Shown: positions 10,101-22,760, numbered from the stretch's first letter. The stretch: DNA of 64,000 nucleotides from Acidimicrobiales bacterium (GCA_030832455.1 JAURJB010000001.1:7590-71589), one strand, 5' to 3'. The notes: generated from the letters alone by a model not told the origin. Program-made: numbers and translations.

Positions 10101-10771
10101 TGGCCAACGAACTGGTTAGCAACTTCACTTTGCAGTACGTGTTTAACGTGTCGGAAGTATGCAGATACCTCAGACAACCGAATGGAGACTTTGCCTTCTT
10201 TTACTGAACCAGTTACTACATGGATGAACTCAGGTTCGACGCCTTGGATGGAAGTGAGGTGTTCTGCATATGAACACAACTGCAAAACTGCATTCACTTT
10301 GGCGATGCGCGCGAGTTTTGTGTCTTCGGGTTCGAACGAATAGTCGCCAAGTTGTGACGGTGTATCGGTGGCTACCAAGAAGTCGGCGCGGCCAACCCAT
10401 CCAACTCCATTTTTTTGGCTAAAAAATGTGGGTTGGTATACCGCATCGGCACTGGCAAACAACTTTTCGGATGTGAGCTTCGCCCTTTCTTCAAGAGCAG
10501 CAACGGTGTATGGCGCAGATTGATCGCGATCGGCATCAAGGTTGACAATGGTGCGGTTAATGGTTGAGAGGTGTTGTTGCAATGCATCAAAATAGGTTGC
10601 TTCGTGTTCGGTACCGTACCTGCGAAGAATTTCGGAAAGTTCATCTTCTTCTTTTGATGGTCGAGGACCACCCATCATTGCCTTGTAATTGAGCCACGAT
10701 ACGTGCTTGCACGCAAGGTGATTTGCAAGGTCGGTGGGGCTAAGAATTACGGACGAATCGATCTTTTGCAT
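7115..10771 (-). CDS. Multidomain nuclease-helicase: N-terminal Cas4/RecB-like PD-(D/E)XK nuclease, central RNase H-fold-like exonuclease block, C-terminal Upf1/Dna2-like SF1 helicase
   Basis: N-terminus: LACKH, GRADFLV, EPEDTKLAR, and Cys cluster CTMCRWNKDC. Centre: YYDIEGHP. C-terminus: GPPGTGKT (Walker A), LIIDEAGQ (motif II), VLVGDPQQL, VDKAQGSE, NVAVSRAQ. Confidence 0.85.
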   Translation of the reverse strand: MQKIDSSVILSPTDLANHLACKHVSWLNYKAMMGGPRPSKEEDELSEILRRYGTEHEATYFDALQQHLSTINRTIVNLDADRDQSAPYTVAALEERAKLTSEKLFASADAVYQPTFFSQKNGVGWVGRADFLVATDTPSQLGDYSFEPEDTKLARIAKVNAVLQLCSYAEHLTSIQGVEPEFIHVVTGSVKEGKVSIRLSEVSAYFRHVKHVLQSEVANQFVGHSEPVPVENCTMCRWNKDCTRWWREHDHLSFVAGLQNGHREALNAHGIHTLKEFATSSDDLAVDDIEGEALHRLRRQAQLQYNTRVKRETDADALPEREFLLPLKDFRGFNLLPEPNPGDVYYDIEGHPYRTDEGLEYLHGFSWQEADGSFQYKEIWAHTAEQERQALIEVLDFINERRSVPGFEKMRVYHFGHYEPSALRRLATRYATRETELNALLRERVFCDLSRVVTQSMRIGVESYSIKKLEQLYTFDRTDTVSDGGLSIVFYEKWLQSVGTDEFGPNGDVAVLRELAKYNMNDCYSTNELRNWLEVQRSLLVEQITHDPDELRRLVRPELRAAIGDDGNIGQGLVAQLNEFRFETDLSDETIETHKHRWLMADLLDFHKREQAVDTYEFINLLTMEHDELYDSPNALSGLKFIEQTETGSRRSAKLPFKSIRTFSFDPNQITKIGSGAKFTSADFWPPQEEGTEPGSISSGEVVSIDLDNGIVVLEIYSQTPDAINPRSIFQQDHFSKKQFEDALIELALLVKDSDESEFHAAHDILNLRPPRFISQFRLQDVSENLLVTPSEIADAIHHLDNSYLVIQGPPGTGKTYSSANAILELVKRGHRIGITANTHAAAHQLLSEISRFASDHGFTEQSPIRIAIKPKDGETPPEFNDVGVELNVVKDAKKIAASLRDFNIIVGTSYLFSNAAMRKSVDTLIIDEAGQLSLADSLAVSLAARNTVLVGDPQQLKQPTRASHPGTSGLSGLEHINQGHDVVPPEYGILLRITRRMHPEIAKFISEQVYEGKLEADPPCANQHISEGGLVSGSGLFWLPVEHEGCSVRSVREVNAVVKIYESVLGKQFTDKHGKTRAIEPRDIFVIAPYNAQVQEMRRQLLGSSIAASFGATEDLLRQRVGTVDKAQGSEAPIVLVSYTSSSANDIPRNFEFLYSKNRFNVAVSRAQAITVVIASPELLNVQCKTIEQVRLANMLCRYVEMAQSLVVVDLVQPASK

Positions 10772-10782
10772 GTAAACGAAAC

Positions 10783-14065
<3,283 letters not shown>

Positions 14066-14073
<8 letters not shown>

Positions 14074-14767
14074 TGCTTCCAGTACCTAATTGTCGACTTG
14101 AATTTCCGAAGCTATTGCGACCACTTGAAAACTGTTGACCAGCACGATGACCAGCACCAAAAGCTTCGCGGTCGCTGCGGTAATTGCTGGTGTTGCTGTG
14201 CAAATGCGGTGTGCTCTGCACCATCACGCGTCGTGCACGTTCGGCGCGCTCAACAAGTACCAGCCCGACACCAGGTGTCTCTTTGGCAATGGTCTGGTGT
14301 TCTTTTGCAAGCTTTGCGCCAATGGCTTCGCAATACCCGCGCCACCACGACGTTTTGAAACGACGGTCGCCTGCAGGAATAGAGCGGGCGGCAAGTAAGT
14401 CGGCAGCTGTGTACAACGCTTCGAGCGAGAACAGATCGTTTTCAGTACCGAAGGCAACCATGATGACTTGCGTTGGGTTTGGTTCCATCATGTCGCGATA
14501 CGAATGACAGGAAACCGCGTTAGCGATGTTCCATAACAATGTTCCGCGACGCACTCGGTATTGACCGGTGATCGTAAAGGTTTTTGATGTCACCGTTTCG
14601 TTGTCGAACGTGCGCTTGTTGATGGAACTTTCATCAATGTCGTACTTCTGCATTAACCGAAAGGCGAGTGTTAATGCGGTCTCTGCTTCGGCCTGAGGGG
14701 TGTTTGGGTGGTTGGCCTTTTCCAAAATCGCGCGCACTTTGGCGTTGAGGTTGTCGCGATTGGTCAT
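14066..14767 (-). CDS. DUF2786-like protein
   Basis: The N-terminal KVRAILEKANHPNTPQAEAETALTLAFRLMQKYDI matches my memory of the DUF2786 signature. Confidence 0.65.
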
Positions 14768-14800
14768 GTGGCAAACGTACTCAACGGGTGCCAGATGGTT

Positions 14801-15037
14801 TTAGATATGGGGTGAGTATTTACGGTGCACCGCCTGGGCAGAAACCCCAAGTGCAGCGCCGATACTTTTCCATGACACGCCGGCTTTCCGAGCATTCTTC
14901 ACGCATTTCAAAACGTTTCGCTCAAAAATAGCCTTTTGAATTCTGATGTCGACAAGTGCTGCTTCTGCTGTGCTGAGTTCTCGAATTGTTGAGGAAACAC
15001 CACTATTCGCATTGTTTGTTTTCATTACCTCCACCAT
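14801..15037 (-). CDS. Small helix-turn-helix DNA-binding protein
   Basis: The C-terminal AGVSWKSIGAALGVSAQAVHRKY is a classic HTH (resolvase / sigma region 4-like). Confidence 0.55.
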   Translation of the reverse strand: MVEVMKTNNANSGVSSTIRELSTAEAALVDIRIQKAIFERNVLKCVKNARKAGVSWKSIGAALGVSAQAVHRKYSPHI

Positions 15038-15245
15038 ATACCAGCGTCAACAAATGTTGATGAATATGGGACGAGTGCGGATTCTTGCTGAAATGTGTGT
15101 CGCTTGGGTCGAACATGACGGGGAAGAGATTTATTAACCCTTGGGGCAAAGGGGGTCGATGCAGAAGGGCGAGTTGTCACGGTTGGTGTACCCGTGCTGT
15201 TGCTGTCGCAGGTTCCAAACGGTGCTGCTTAGATAACCTAAAAGG

Positions 15246-15887
15246 GTGGCAACCAAAAAGGTAACTCGCAAGCGCGCACCCCGAAAAGCCCCAAACCTTG
15301 AAGAGATTATTGCTGTCGCGATCGACTTGCTATTGCAAACTGGTGAAGGCGGGTTTCGCATTGAAGACGTTATTGAACGAACGGGTATTTCAAAAAGTTC
15401 GCTGTACCTACACTTTGGCGATCGCGACGGACTCATCGGTGCTGCATATGTGGAGGTATTTACTACCGATATCAAACGCAACATCGAGCAAGCGATTTTG
15501 ATTTTTGATGGTGTAGAAACACAAGCACAACTTGAAGCGTCGATACCAATATTTGTCCAGGCACTTGCGCGGGTTCCTTCGCCGGTTCGTTGGAATCGAA
15601 TGGACGTATTGTCGGCAGCACGATATCGACCTGAATTTTTGTCCCGAATTATTGAAGCACAAACACGATTGAACTCGGCGTTGGCAGAGGCGTTGTCTGC
15701 TCAGCAAAAACTTGGCAACGTTCGTTCAGACATGTCAGCACGCGAAATGGCTGTGCTTATTCAGGGAGTTTCCTTCGGTCGTATCTTCCGGGATCTTGAT
15801 AGCAAGATGGATCGCGACAACTTGAGTGACTGGTCTGAACTAGCCGCAGCGGTGTACAAAGTGGTCTTGCCACCAAAGCGAGGTTGA
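15246..15887 (+). CDS. TetR family transcriptional regulator
   Basis: N-terminal HTH FRIEDVIERTGISKSSLYLHFGDRDGL. GTG start. Confidence 0.85.
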   Translation: MATKKVTRKRAPRKAPNLEEIIAVAIDLLLQTGEGGFRIEDVIERTGISKSSLYLHFGDRDGLIGAAYVEVFTTDIKRNIEQAILIFDGVETQAQLEASIPIFVQALARVPSPVRWNRMDVLSAARYRPEFLSRIIEAQTRLNSALAEALSAQQKLGNVRSDMSAREMAVLIQGVSFGRIFRDLDSKMDRDNLSDWSELAAAVYKVVLPPKRG

Positions 15888-15888
15888 A

Positions 15889-16938
15889 ATGGCTTGGCTG
15901 AAGCGCAAAGATGCTGATGCTGTATCGACAGATCATCAGCTCTCTGAAGTAGAATTTCAATCGCTGACGCGGATTAGTGCTGCAGTCGAGGCCCTGCCAC
16001 TTGGCGTCGTAGTGATGTCGGCAGATGGTTCAGCCATGTGGAGCAATGCTGCGGTAGACAAAATGTTTACCCCACAATCTGACGACCATGTTTTGTTTAT
16101 CGACAGTGTCGATTCTGTGTTGCGTGATGCTCTAAAAGGAAATGTTGGGCAAACCGATTTAGAGTTTGGCGACCCAGCGGTTCGCACTATTGAAGTTTCT
16201 ACGATTGCCTTAGGAGACGGTGGAGCTGTGGCAGTGGTGGAAGACGTGACGCAACGATTAATGATCGACCGTGTACGCACCGACTTTGTTGCCAATATCA
16301 GCCACGAACTGCGCACACCGATTGGGGCAATTTCGTTGATGGCCGAAAATCTCATTGCAGAGATGGGTGAATCCGAGGCGGCTCGACTTGCTGAAATCAT
16401 TCTGAATGAAGTGACACGACTAAACGAAACTGTCAATGACCTGCTTGATTTAGCAAAGATTGAGTTTGATGGCCTGTCCAAGCGCGAATCGATTCATACT
16501 GCGCAATTGATTGACGAAGCAGTTGGACGACTGCGCAGTGCTGCATTGGCGAAATCGGTGATGATTGTCGTTGAGGACAACCCTGATATGTCGGTGATTG
16601 GTGATCGGGCCCAGCTGGTTTCGGCGGTGGGGAACCTGATTGACAATGCAGTCAAGTACAGCGAACAGGGTTCGATTGTCAAGATTGAAGTAACGCGAGA
16701 AGACGGGCGAATGCTGATCTCGGTTGCTGACAACGGCCCAGGAATTGCACCCGAACATCTTGGTCGAGTGTTTGAGCGTTTTTACCGCGTTGACGATGCG
16801 CGCAGTAGAGGAACTGGTGGCACCGGGCTTGGACTTGCCATCGTGCGCCACATTGCGCTGCTACACGGCGGTGATGTCAGTGTGACCTCAGAAATTGGCG
16901 TGGGCTCCACCTTTACGCTTTCCATCCCCGCGGTGTAG
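15889..16938 (+). CDS. Cytoplasmic PAS-domain sensor histidine kinase (SenX3/PhoR-like). No cognate response regulator is adjacent.
   Basis: H-box SHELRTPI, N-box LIDNAVKY, and G-boxes DNGPGI and GTGLGLAIV. No TM segment. The ATG lies 1 nt after the TetR stop. Confidence 0.9.
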   Translation: MAWLKRKDADAVSTDHQLSEVEFQSLTRISAAVEALPLGVVVMSADGSAMWSNAAVDKMFTPQSDDHVLFIDSVDSVLRDALKGNVGQTDLEFGDPAVRTIEVSTIALGDGGAVAVVEDVTQRLMIDRVRTDFVANISHELRTPIGAISLMAENLIAEMGESEAARLAEIILNEVTRLNETVNDLLDLAKIEFDGLSKRESIHTAQLIDEAVGRLRSAALAKSVMIVVEDNPDMSVIGDRAQLVSAVGNLIDNAVKYSEQGSIVKIEVTREDGRMLISVADNGPGIAPEHLGRVFERFYRVDDARSRGTGGTGLGLAIVRHIALLHGGDVSVTSEIGVGSTFTLSIPAV

Positions 16939-16951
16939 GTAGGTTGAGTTT

Positions 16952-17329
16952 GTGAACATTCCTGACGGGTTGCGTTACACACGCGAGCACGAGTGGGTAC
17001 TGATCGATGGTGAGTCGGCACGAATCGGCATCACCGATTTGGCACAAGATGCTTTAGGCAACATTGTGCATGTGCAGCTACCGCAACTTGGTCAGTCGGT
17101 GCAGTCGGGAAGCAGTGTTGTAGAGGTTGAAAGCAGCAAGAGTGTCAGCGATATCTACTCTCCAGTCAGTGGTAGCGTGGTGCTTGTCAACGAATCGCTT
17201 GCAGCGCACCCCGAATATGTCAACACCGACCCATACGGATCGGGCTGGTTATACGAAGTGCAGTTGTCGTATGACGAAACGCTCGAAGGTCTGCTTACGG
17301 CAGATGAATATCGCGCACTTGTTGGCTAA
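16952..17329 (+). CDS. gcvH: Glycine cleavage system H protein
   Basis: Lipoyl-Lys motif VESSKSVSDIYSPVSG and the ...GWLYEV tail. Confidence 0.9.
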   Translation: MNIPDGLRYTREHEWVLIDGESARIGITDLAQDALGNIVHVQLPQLGQSVQSGSSVVEVESSKSVSDIYSPVSGSVVLVNESLAAHPEYVNTDPYGSGWLYEVQLSYDETLEGLLTADEYRALVG

Positions 17330-17808
17330 TCGGTAAAGAACTTCCAGCTGTACACACGAACTTTGCTGTTCTCTTCACCAATTTTCCAATACTTTACTTT
17401 GCCTGCATGCTCACCTTGGCTGAGTTCGCTAATGGGTGCACCTTCCTGTGGAAGAAAGCTGATCGTAAAGTTGCCCGGATCATAAATTGCGGTAGGTGGA
17501 AGATCGACTTGTGCGCCTGGTGCAGGAACGCTTCCGCTTGTCACCAATTCATCAAGACGTGTTGTTGGCAGTTCGACTCCGTCGATAAACAACGTTGCTT
17601 CGTACCCTTCAATAAAGTCGACGATCACTTGTGATTGTCGTAACACTCGTTCGCCTTCGCCAGGTGAAATTGCTTCAATTGCATCAGGAAGGTTTGTTGC
17701 GTCGCGACCCGTAAGCCCAATGTTGAGGCCTGCAATGAATAACACCAAGCCAGCCGACAGCCCCATGCTTGCAAGTAAGAGTTTTGGATCAAGCCTCATA
17801 CCCTCCAT
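17326..17808 (-). CDS. Membrane-anchored hypothetical protein
   Basis: One N-terminal TM segment (LLLASMGLSAGLVLFIAGL) followed by a roughly 120-aa soluble domain. No motif recognised. Confidence 0.55.
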   Translation of the reverse strand: MEGMRLDPKLLLASMGLSAGLVLFIAGLNIGLTGRDATNLPDAIEAISPGEGERVLRQSQVIVDFIEGYEATLFIDGVELPTTRLDELVTSGSVPAPGAQVDLPPTAIYDPGNFTISFLPQEGAPISELSQGEHAGKVKYWKIGEENSKVRVYSWKFFTD

Positions 17809-17839
17809 TCTCGCCGATTAACTGTGATGTCGGCTGTTC

Positions 17840-19843
17840 ATGCTGAAGGTAAAACGACTAAGTTTGAAGCACATGACAGGAAACAATTCGCTCATCAGTG
17901 CCGTGCTGGCGCACCGATATCGCATCGACGCACCTCTTGGTAGCGGCTCGGGAAACTCCGATGTGTTCGAAGCAACAGATATCCGCTCGAGAAAGCGGCT
18001 AGTCCTGCGTGTGTCTGCTGCCGAGTCGCTAGTCGACCTAGACGCCGGGGTGGTCACCGCATCTGATGGCGTCGAATTGTTTAAGCGCCAAACGCAACTA
18101 CTTGCCGGTTTGGCACATGCTTCGCTAGCCCTCATTGAAGACTGGGGCACTGAGACCATTGCTGGCACCCAGTATGTGTTCACCGCCCTTGAGAGCTATC
18201 AGGGTGGCACCCTGCGCCAGATCCTCGATCGTGGCAGGCGCTTAACGCCATCACAGGCTCTTGTTGCTGGTTTGGACGTGTGTCGCGCTCTGCACTTCCT
18301 GCATGGCAAAGGCTGGGTGCATGGTGATGTGCGTCCCGCGAACATTTTCTTAGGAGACGACGGACGGGTGCGGCTTGCTGGCCTGGGTTTGAAGCGAATG
18401 GTTGATGCACAACAAATCAGTGTTGAGCAAGCAAATTTTGCAGCACCCGAAATTGCATTAGGAGAACAACCTTCGCCACAAAGCGATGTGTACTCACTGG
18501 CAGTGACGTTGCTTGAAACCATTACGGGCGTGGTTCCCTTTGTTGGTGAGACTGCAGCAATAACGTTGGCGAATCGCGTTGGCAAACTGTTGCCTGTATC
18601 TGCAGATTTAGGACCAATCGCTGCACCACTCGAGCGTGCGGGCAGACCAGATGCAAACGAACGGTTTAGTGCACTTGATTTTGGAAAAGCGTTGGCAGGA
18701 ATTGCAGAAAAGATGCCACTGCCAACCCCAATCGAACCTTTAGCAGCAGCATCGTTTGCTGCAGTGATTGAGCAAAAAGAAGCAGAGCACACGGGTGAAA
18801 TTGTTCGACCAAAAATTGACGTGACACAAGACGTAACACGCCCGATAAGCCCTGCGACTAACCCAACAACCTCGACCATGGTGATCAAAGATGCAACACA
18901 GGACGGGCCAATCGTCATTGTCTCAGAGAGTGAAGAGCGCCGACACAAACGACTATGGGTAATCGGTGCAGTAATTGCATTACTTGTTGCAGGCGTGATT
19001 GGTTTCCGATTTGTTGTTAAACCTACGCACACGGTTCCACCACTTGCGGGAGTGATTGAAGGCGAAGCGCGCAACGTGATTGCGCCTAATGGGTGGACTG
19101 TTGTCGTCGTGACAGAACGCAACGATGACATTCCTGCAGGCTCGGTAATTCGCACTGAACCAAGTGAAGGAACTGATCTTCAAGAAGGAAACACGCTCAC
19201 CATCGTTGTTTCGGAAGGTCCAAACTTTGCAACCCTGCCCGATATCACCGGAGCAGATGCGCAATCAGCAGTAGATCAATTAACAGCACTGGGTCTTGTC
19301 GTTACCGCGCGCGATACAAACAGTGAAGAAATTCCAGCAGGTGTGGCGATGGGATGGAGCGTTCCCGAGCAACCGGGTCTGAATCCTGGTGATCAATTAC
19401 TGCGCGGAACGGCGGTTGATGTGTTGGTTTCGGTTGGACCGGCGCTTCGAGCGGTTCCGACACTTGTTGGACTCAAACTTGAAGACGCACAGCAGCTTGT
19501 TGCAGATTTGCAATTGGTGTTGCTCGAAACCCCTGCAGCGAAAAGCAACGGCGCCGACAGAGGTTTAATTGGTGCTCAGTCGCCTATTCCTGGTGAACAA
19601 GTGGTTCGTGGTACAGAAATCGCATATTCAATATCACTCGGACCAGACCTAGTCGAGTTGCCCTATGTCGTTGGCAATCGTCTCGACACCGTAAAAACGC
19701 GGCTTGAAGAGGCAGGTTTTGTGGTTGGCGCAATCACAGGAAACCAGTCTGAAAAATTGAAGCAAGCAGTAATTGCAGGGAAGTCGGTTAAAAACCGAAC
19801 CATGGTTGCTCGCGGGGCCACAGTAGATCTTGTGTTTCCGTAG
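17840..19843 (+). CDS. PknB-like transmembrane protein with four PASTA repeats. The kinase domain appears catalytically degenerate (pseudokinase).
   Basis: Kinase fold is retained (HGDVRPANIFL, AAPE, SDVYSLAV), but VAIK Lys is Arg (VLRV), alphaC Glu is Gln, HRD is HGD, and DFG is GLG. TM segment LWVIGAVIALLVAGVIGF. Four PASTA-like repeats each end in a ...VSxGP motif. ATG 17873 is an alternative start. Confidence 0.85.
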   Translation: MLKVKRLSLKHMTGNNSLISAVLAHRYRIDAPLGSGSGNSDVFEATDIRSRKRLVLRVSAAESLVDLDAGVVTASDGVELFKRQTQLLAGLAHASLALIEDWGTETIAGTQYVFTALESYQGGTLRQILDRGRRLTPSQALVAGLDVCRALHFLHGKGWVHGDVRPANIFLGDDGRVRLAGLGLKRMVDAQQISVEQANFAAPEIALGEQPSPQSDVYSLAVTLLETITGVVPFVGETAAITLANRVGKLLPVSADLGPIAAPLERAGRPDANERFSALDFGKALAGIAEKMPLPTPIEPLAAASFAAVIEQKEAEHTGEIVRPKIDVTQDVTRPISPATNPTTSTMVIKDATQDGPIVIVSESEERRHKRLWVIGAVIALLVAGVIGFRFVVKPTHTVPPLAGVIEGEARNVIAPNGWTVVVVTERNDDIPAGSVIRTEPSEGTDLQEGNTLTIVVSEGPNFATLPDITGADAQSAVDQLTALGLVVTARDTNSEEIPAGVAMGWSVPEQPGLNPGDQLLRGTAVDVLVSVGPALRAVPTLVGLKLEDAQQLVADLQLVLLETPAAKSNGADRGLIGAQSPIPGEQVVRGTEIAYSISLGPDLVELPYVVGNRLDTVKTRLEEAGFVVGAITGNQSEKLKQAVIAGKSVKNRTMVARGATVDLVFP

Positions 19844-19849
19844 TTTCTG

Positions 19850-21325
19850 ATGACAAAGGAAATCCTTCCGCAATCTGCTGACGAAGAAGCAGGAGTCATT
19901 GACTCTGGTGGCGTTGACGAAATCTCGGTAATCCCGTGGTCGGAGTTGATGAAGCACCGCATCAAAACACGGGCTCGACTCACACACCGTAAAGCCACGT
20001 TGGGGATTTTGTTGGCCAGTGTGTTTACGGTCAGTTTCACGATCACATTGCTCGTGGTATCGCTGAAGACAGTTGCTGACGATCTCGGCAGCACAGTGAG
20101 CATGATGAGTTGGACGATCACTGGGCCGTTACTTGCGTTTGGGGTAGTTGGGCCAGCGTTTGGTAAGGCCGGCGACTTATGGGGCCACAAGCGCGTGTTT
20201 GTGTATGGCTTGGTTGGAGCAGCACTATTTTCCCTGATTAGCGCATTTGCGTGGAACGATATTTCGCTAATTACATTTCGCACACTGAGTGCAGCAGCTG
20301 GATCGGCTACTGGTCCGGCAGCAATGGCATACATCAACCGCATGTTTAAAGCGCATGAACGTGTGCGGCCGTTGGGTTACTGGAGTTTTGTAACTGCAGG
20401 AGCGCCGGTGATTGGCGTTGTTGCTGGTGCACCATTGGTAGAAGCATTCGGGTGGAGAGTCATATTTTTTATTCAAGCTCCGTTGAGTTTGTTGGGTGCA
20501 ATGTTTTCATTTCGATTACTTCCCGAAACTGATCGGCGTGACAATGTTCGGTTTGATGTCAAGGGTTCGGTGACACTTGGTATGGGTGCGGTATTGATTT
20601 TGCTTGCAATTAACCGTGGTAATTCATGGGGTTGGACAAGTGTGTCCACACTTGGCGCAGGAACTGCAGGCATTGTTGCGCTATTGGTCTTTTATCGAGT
20701 GGAGTTGCATGCATCAGATCCGTTGATGCCTGTGAAATGGTTGAAGACTCGAAACGTCGCATTTCCTGTTGTGACACAAGGGCTGATGAATATGTCGTAC
20801 ATGGGCAGTTTCTTGTTGGTTCCACAAATGCTGGAAAACGGACTTGGCTATACGCCTTCACGCGTTGGGTGGTTGATTATTTCCCGACCATTGACATTTT
20901 CATTAATTGCTCCGTTTGCGGGATATTTTGTGGGTCGGTTAGGTGAACGAAAAACCGGAATGCTTGGTGCGTTCATGATTTTGCTCGCCATGGTGGCATT
21001 GATCATGGTCAAATCGCCCAATAGCGACTGGCTTGTGGTGTTGGGTTTGTCGCTCACCGGTTTTGGTATGGGCATTGCTGCGCCGTCGTTGACATCGTTG
21101 TTGGCGGCATCGGTGAAAGAGAGCGATATGGGCGTTGCAAGTGCAATGCAACAACTGATGTCGCAAATGGGTGCAGTGTTGGGTGGCGCGTTGATGATTG
21201 CCGTGCATGACATAACGGAAAGCAGCGGCAAAGTAACCAGCTATTCGTACGCCCTTGTGGTTGGGGCGGTGTGTGCTGCTACAGCCGTACTTACTGGCAG
21301 CCTGGTGCGGTCAAGTTCGCGTTAG
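19850..21325 (+). CDS. MFS transporter (14-TMS DHA2/EmrB-like)
   Basis: About 14 hydrophobic segments and MFS motif GKAGDLWGHKRVF. Starts 6 nt after the PASTA gene. Confidence 0.85.
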   Translation: MTKEILPQSADEEAGVIDSGGVDEISVIPWSELMKHRIKTRARLTHRKATLGILLASVFTVSFTITLLVVSLKTVADDLGSTVSMMSWTITGPLLAFGVVGPAFGKAGDLWGHKRVFVYGLVGAALFSLISAFAWNDISLITFRTLSAAAGSATGPAAMAYINRMFKAHERVRPLGYWSFVTAGAPVIGVVAGAPLVEAFGWRVIFFIQAPLSLLGAMFSFRLLPETDRRDNVRFDVKGSVTLGMGAVLILLAINRGNSWGWTSVSTLGAGTAGIVALLVFYRVELHASDPLMPVKWLKTRNVAFPVVTQGLMNMSYMGSFLLVPQMLENGLGYTPSRVGWLIISRPLTFSLIAPFAGYFVGRLGERKTGMLGAFMILLAMVALIMVKSPNSDWLVVLGLSLTGFGMGIAAPSLTSLLAASVKESDMGVASAMQQLMSQMGAVLGGALMIAVHDITESSGKVTSYSYALVVGAVCAATAVLTGSLVRSSSR

Positions 21326-21771
21326 AGGCTTGAAGTAATGGCCATGATTTCGGCCGCGACTTGAACTGCTAAGTCATCTTTTGGCATGGCAATTTGCATC
21401 TGCATCATTTTTGTCATGTCGCCTTCGACCTTCACTTTGCCCGAGAGGAATGCCTGCATGCCGGCTTGTGGATCTTGTTCGAGGAAGATGGCGCGGGCCG
21501 TCGCATAGTCGGTGGTGACCGTGAGGTCGGGGGAGTCGAGGTGACCTAAATCCATCACGAGTTCGCCTGATGATGTGTCGATGTGGCTATTGATGATGCC
21601 ATCACCAAATGGGACGTTTTTCACCACCTGATTCATGCGGATAGAAACAGGAATCTTTGGTGCGCGGTCTTCGTACTTTGCGCGAATAACTCGAGCTTCA
21701 GCAATCCATTCGGGGGATAAAAAAGGATTTGGCACGTGGAGCAGGCTAGTTGTTTGCGGCGCGAATTTCAT
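21322..21771 (-). CDS. SCP2 sterol-carrier-like domain protein
   Basis: The C-terminal [20 protein letters not shown] is typical of SCP2 domains. Start trimmed to ATG 21771. GTG 21735, just after the pyrF stop, is an alternative. Confidence 0.65.
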   Translation of the reverse strand: MKFAPQTTSLLHVPNPFLSPEWIAEARVIRAKYEDRAPKIPVSIRMNQVVKNVPFGDGIINSHIDTSSGELVMDLGHLDSPDLTVTTDYATARAIFLEQDPQAGMQAFLSGKVKVEGDMTKMMQMQIAMPKDDLAVQVAAEIMAITSSL

Positions 21772-22561
21772 CTCGTGTGGCAACTGCGACACGTCGACTT
21801 GCTTGGGCGAAGTCGAGATCATTACTTGCATACAACACTGCACGCGACGAATTGATCACAAGCCCAGTGCCTGCTTCATCGCGACCAGCGCGAACAACCG
21901 AGTTGATGTCTCCACCTTGGGCACCAATCCCAGGAACGAGCAGTGGCATATTGCCGACAATGGAGCGAACCTCGGCGAGTTCTTTAGGAAATGTTGCACC
22001 CATGACAAGAGCAGTGTCGCCAATGTCGCGCCACTTTGATGCCGCAGCGATGGCAACGTGTTTGTACAACGATGTTCCGTTAACGATGCGAGTTTGAAAT
22101 TCGCTACTGCCAGCATTTGACGTGCGGCATAACACGATGGTCCCTTTGTCGGACGCTGTCAGAAACGGCATCAGCGAGTCGGTGCCTAGGTATGGGTTGA
22201 CAGTGACTGCGTCTGCTTGATATCGGGAAAATGCTTCTTTGGCATACAACGCTGCGGTATCACCGATGTCGCCACGCTTGGCATCGAGGATCAGGACGAT
22301 GTGCGGGTACTGCGTGCGAATGTGGTCGCACACTGCCTGCAACTGCGACTCTGCGCCTACTGCTGCAAAGTAGGCAATCTGTGGTTTGAAAGCGCACACC
22401 ACATCTGCGGTGGCATCAACGATGTCGATGCAAAACTTTTTAATTCCGAGTGGATCGCTGTGTAAGTGTTGGGGAAGTTTGCTGATGTCGGGATCGAGGC
22501 CAACACATAAAGCAGATTGTGATGTTGCCCACGCGGCATCGAGTTTGGAATAAAACGACAT
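21746..22561 (-). CDS. pyrF: Orotidine 5'-phosphate decarboxylase (type 2)
   Basis: [12 protein letters not shown] catalytic motif, and GLDPD near the N-terminus. Confidence 0.9.
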   Translation of the reverse strand: MSFYSKLDAAWATSQSALCVGLDPDISKLPQHLHSDPLGIKKFCIDIVDATADVVCAFKPQIAYFAAVGAESQLQAVCDHIRTQYPHIVLILDAKRGDIGDTAALYAKEAFSRYQADAVTVNPYLGTDSLMPFLTASDKGTIVLCRTSNAGSSEFQTRIVNGTSLYKHVAIAAASKWRDIGDTALVMGATFPKELAEVRSIVGNMPLLVPGIGAQGGDINSVVRAGRDEAGTGLVINSSRAVLYASNDLDFAQASRRVAVATRDEIRAANN

Positions 22562-22568
22562 GAACGAG

Positions 22569-22760
22569 TTAGTCGGTGATCGAAATCGCGCCAGTAGGGC
22601 AGAGCTCTTCTGCGGCGGTTACTTGTGCGCGAAGACTTTCGTCTGGTTCGGCTTGCAGTACATACAAAAATCCATCGTCACGAATTTCAAACACTGTTGG
22701 AGCCTGATGTACGCAACCACCCGTTGATGCACACAGGTCAAAGTCAACAGATACGCGCAT
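22569..22760 (-). CDS. Small ferredoxin (single Fe-S cluster)
   Basis: 63 aa with CASTGGC...CPTGAI cysteine spacing. Confidence 0.8.
   Translation of the reverse strand: MRVSVDFDLCASTGGCVHQAPTVFEIRDDGFLYVLQAEPDESLRAQVTAAEELCPTGAISITD

Noticed and set aside
18199-19155. 318-aa ORF antisense to the PASTA kinase-like gene
   Set aside because: It is a low-complexity Ala/Ser/Thr/Pro/Arg-rich translation that lies entirely inside a gene with clear kinase and PASTA motifs. This is a typical shadow ORF.
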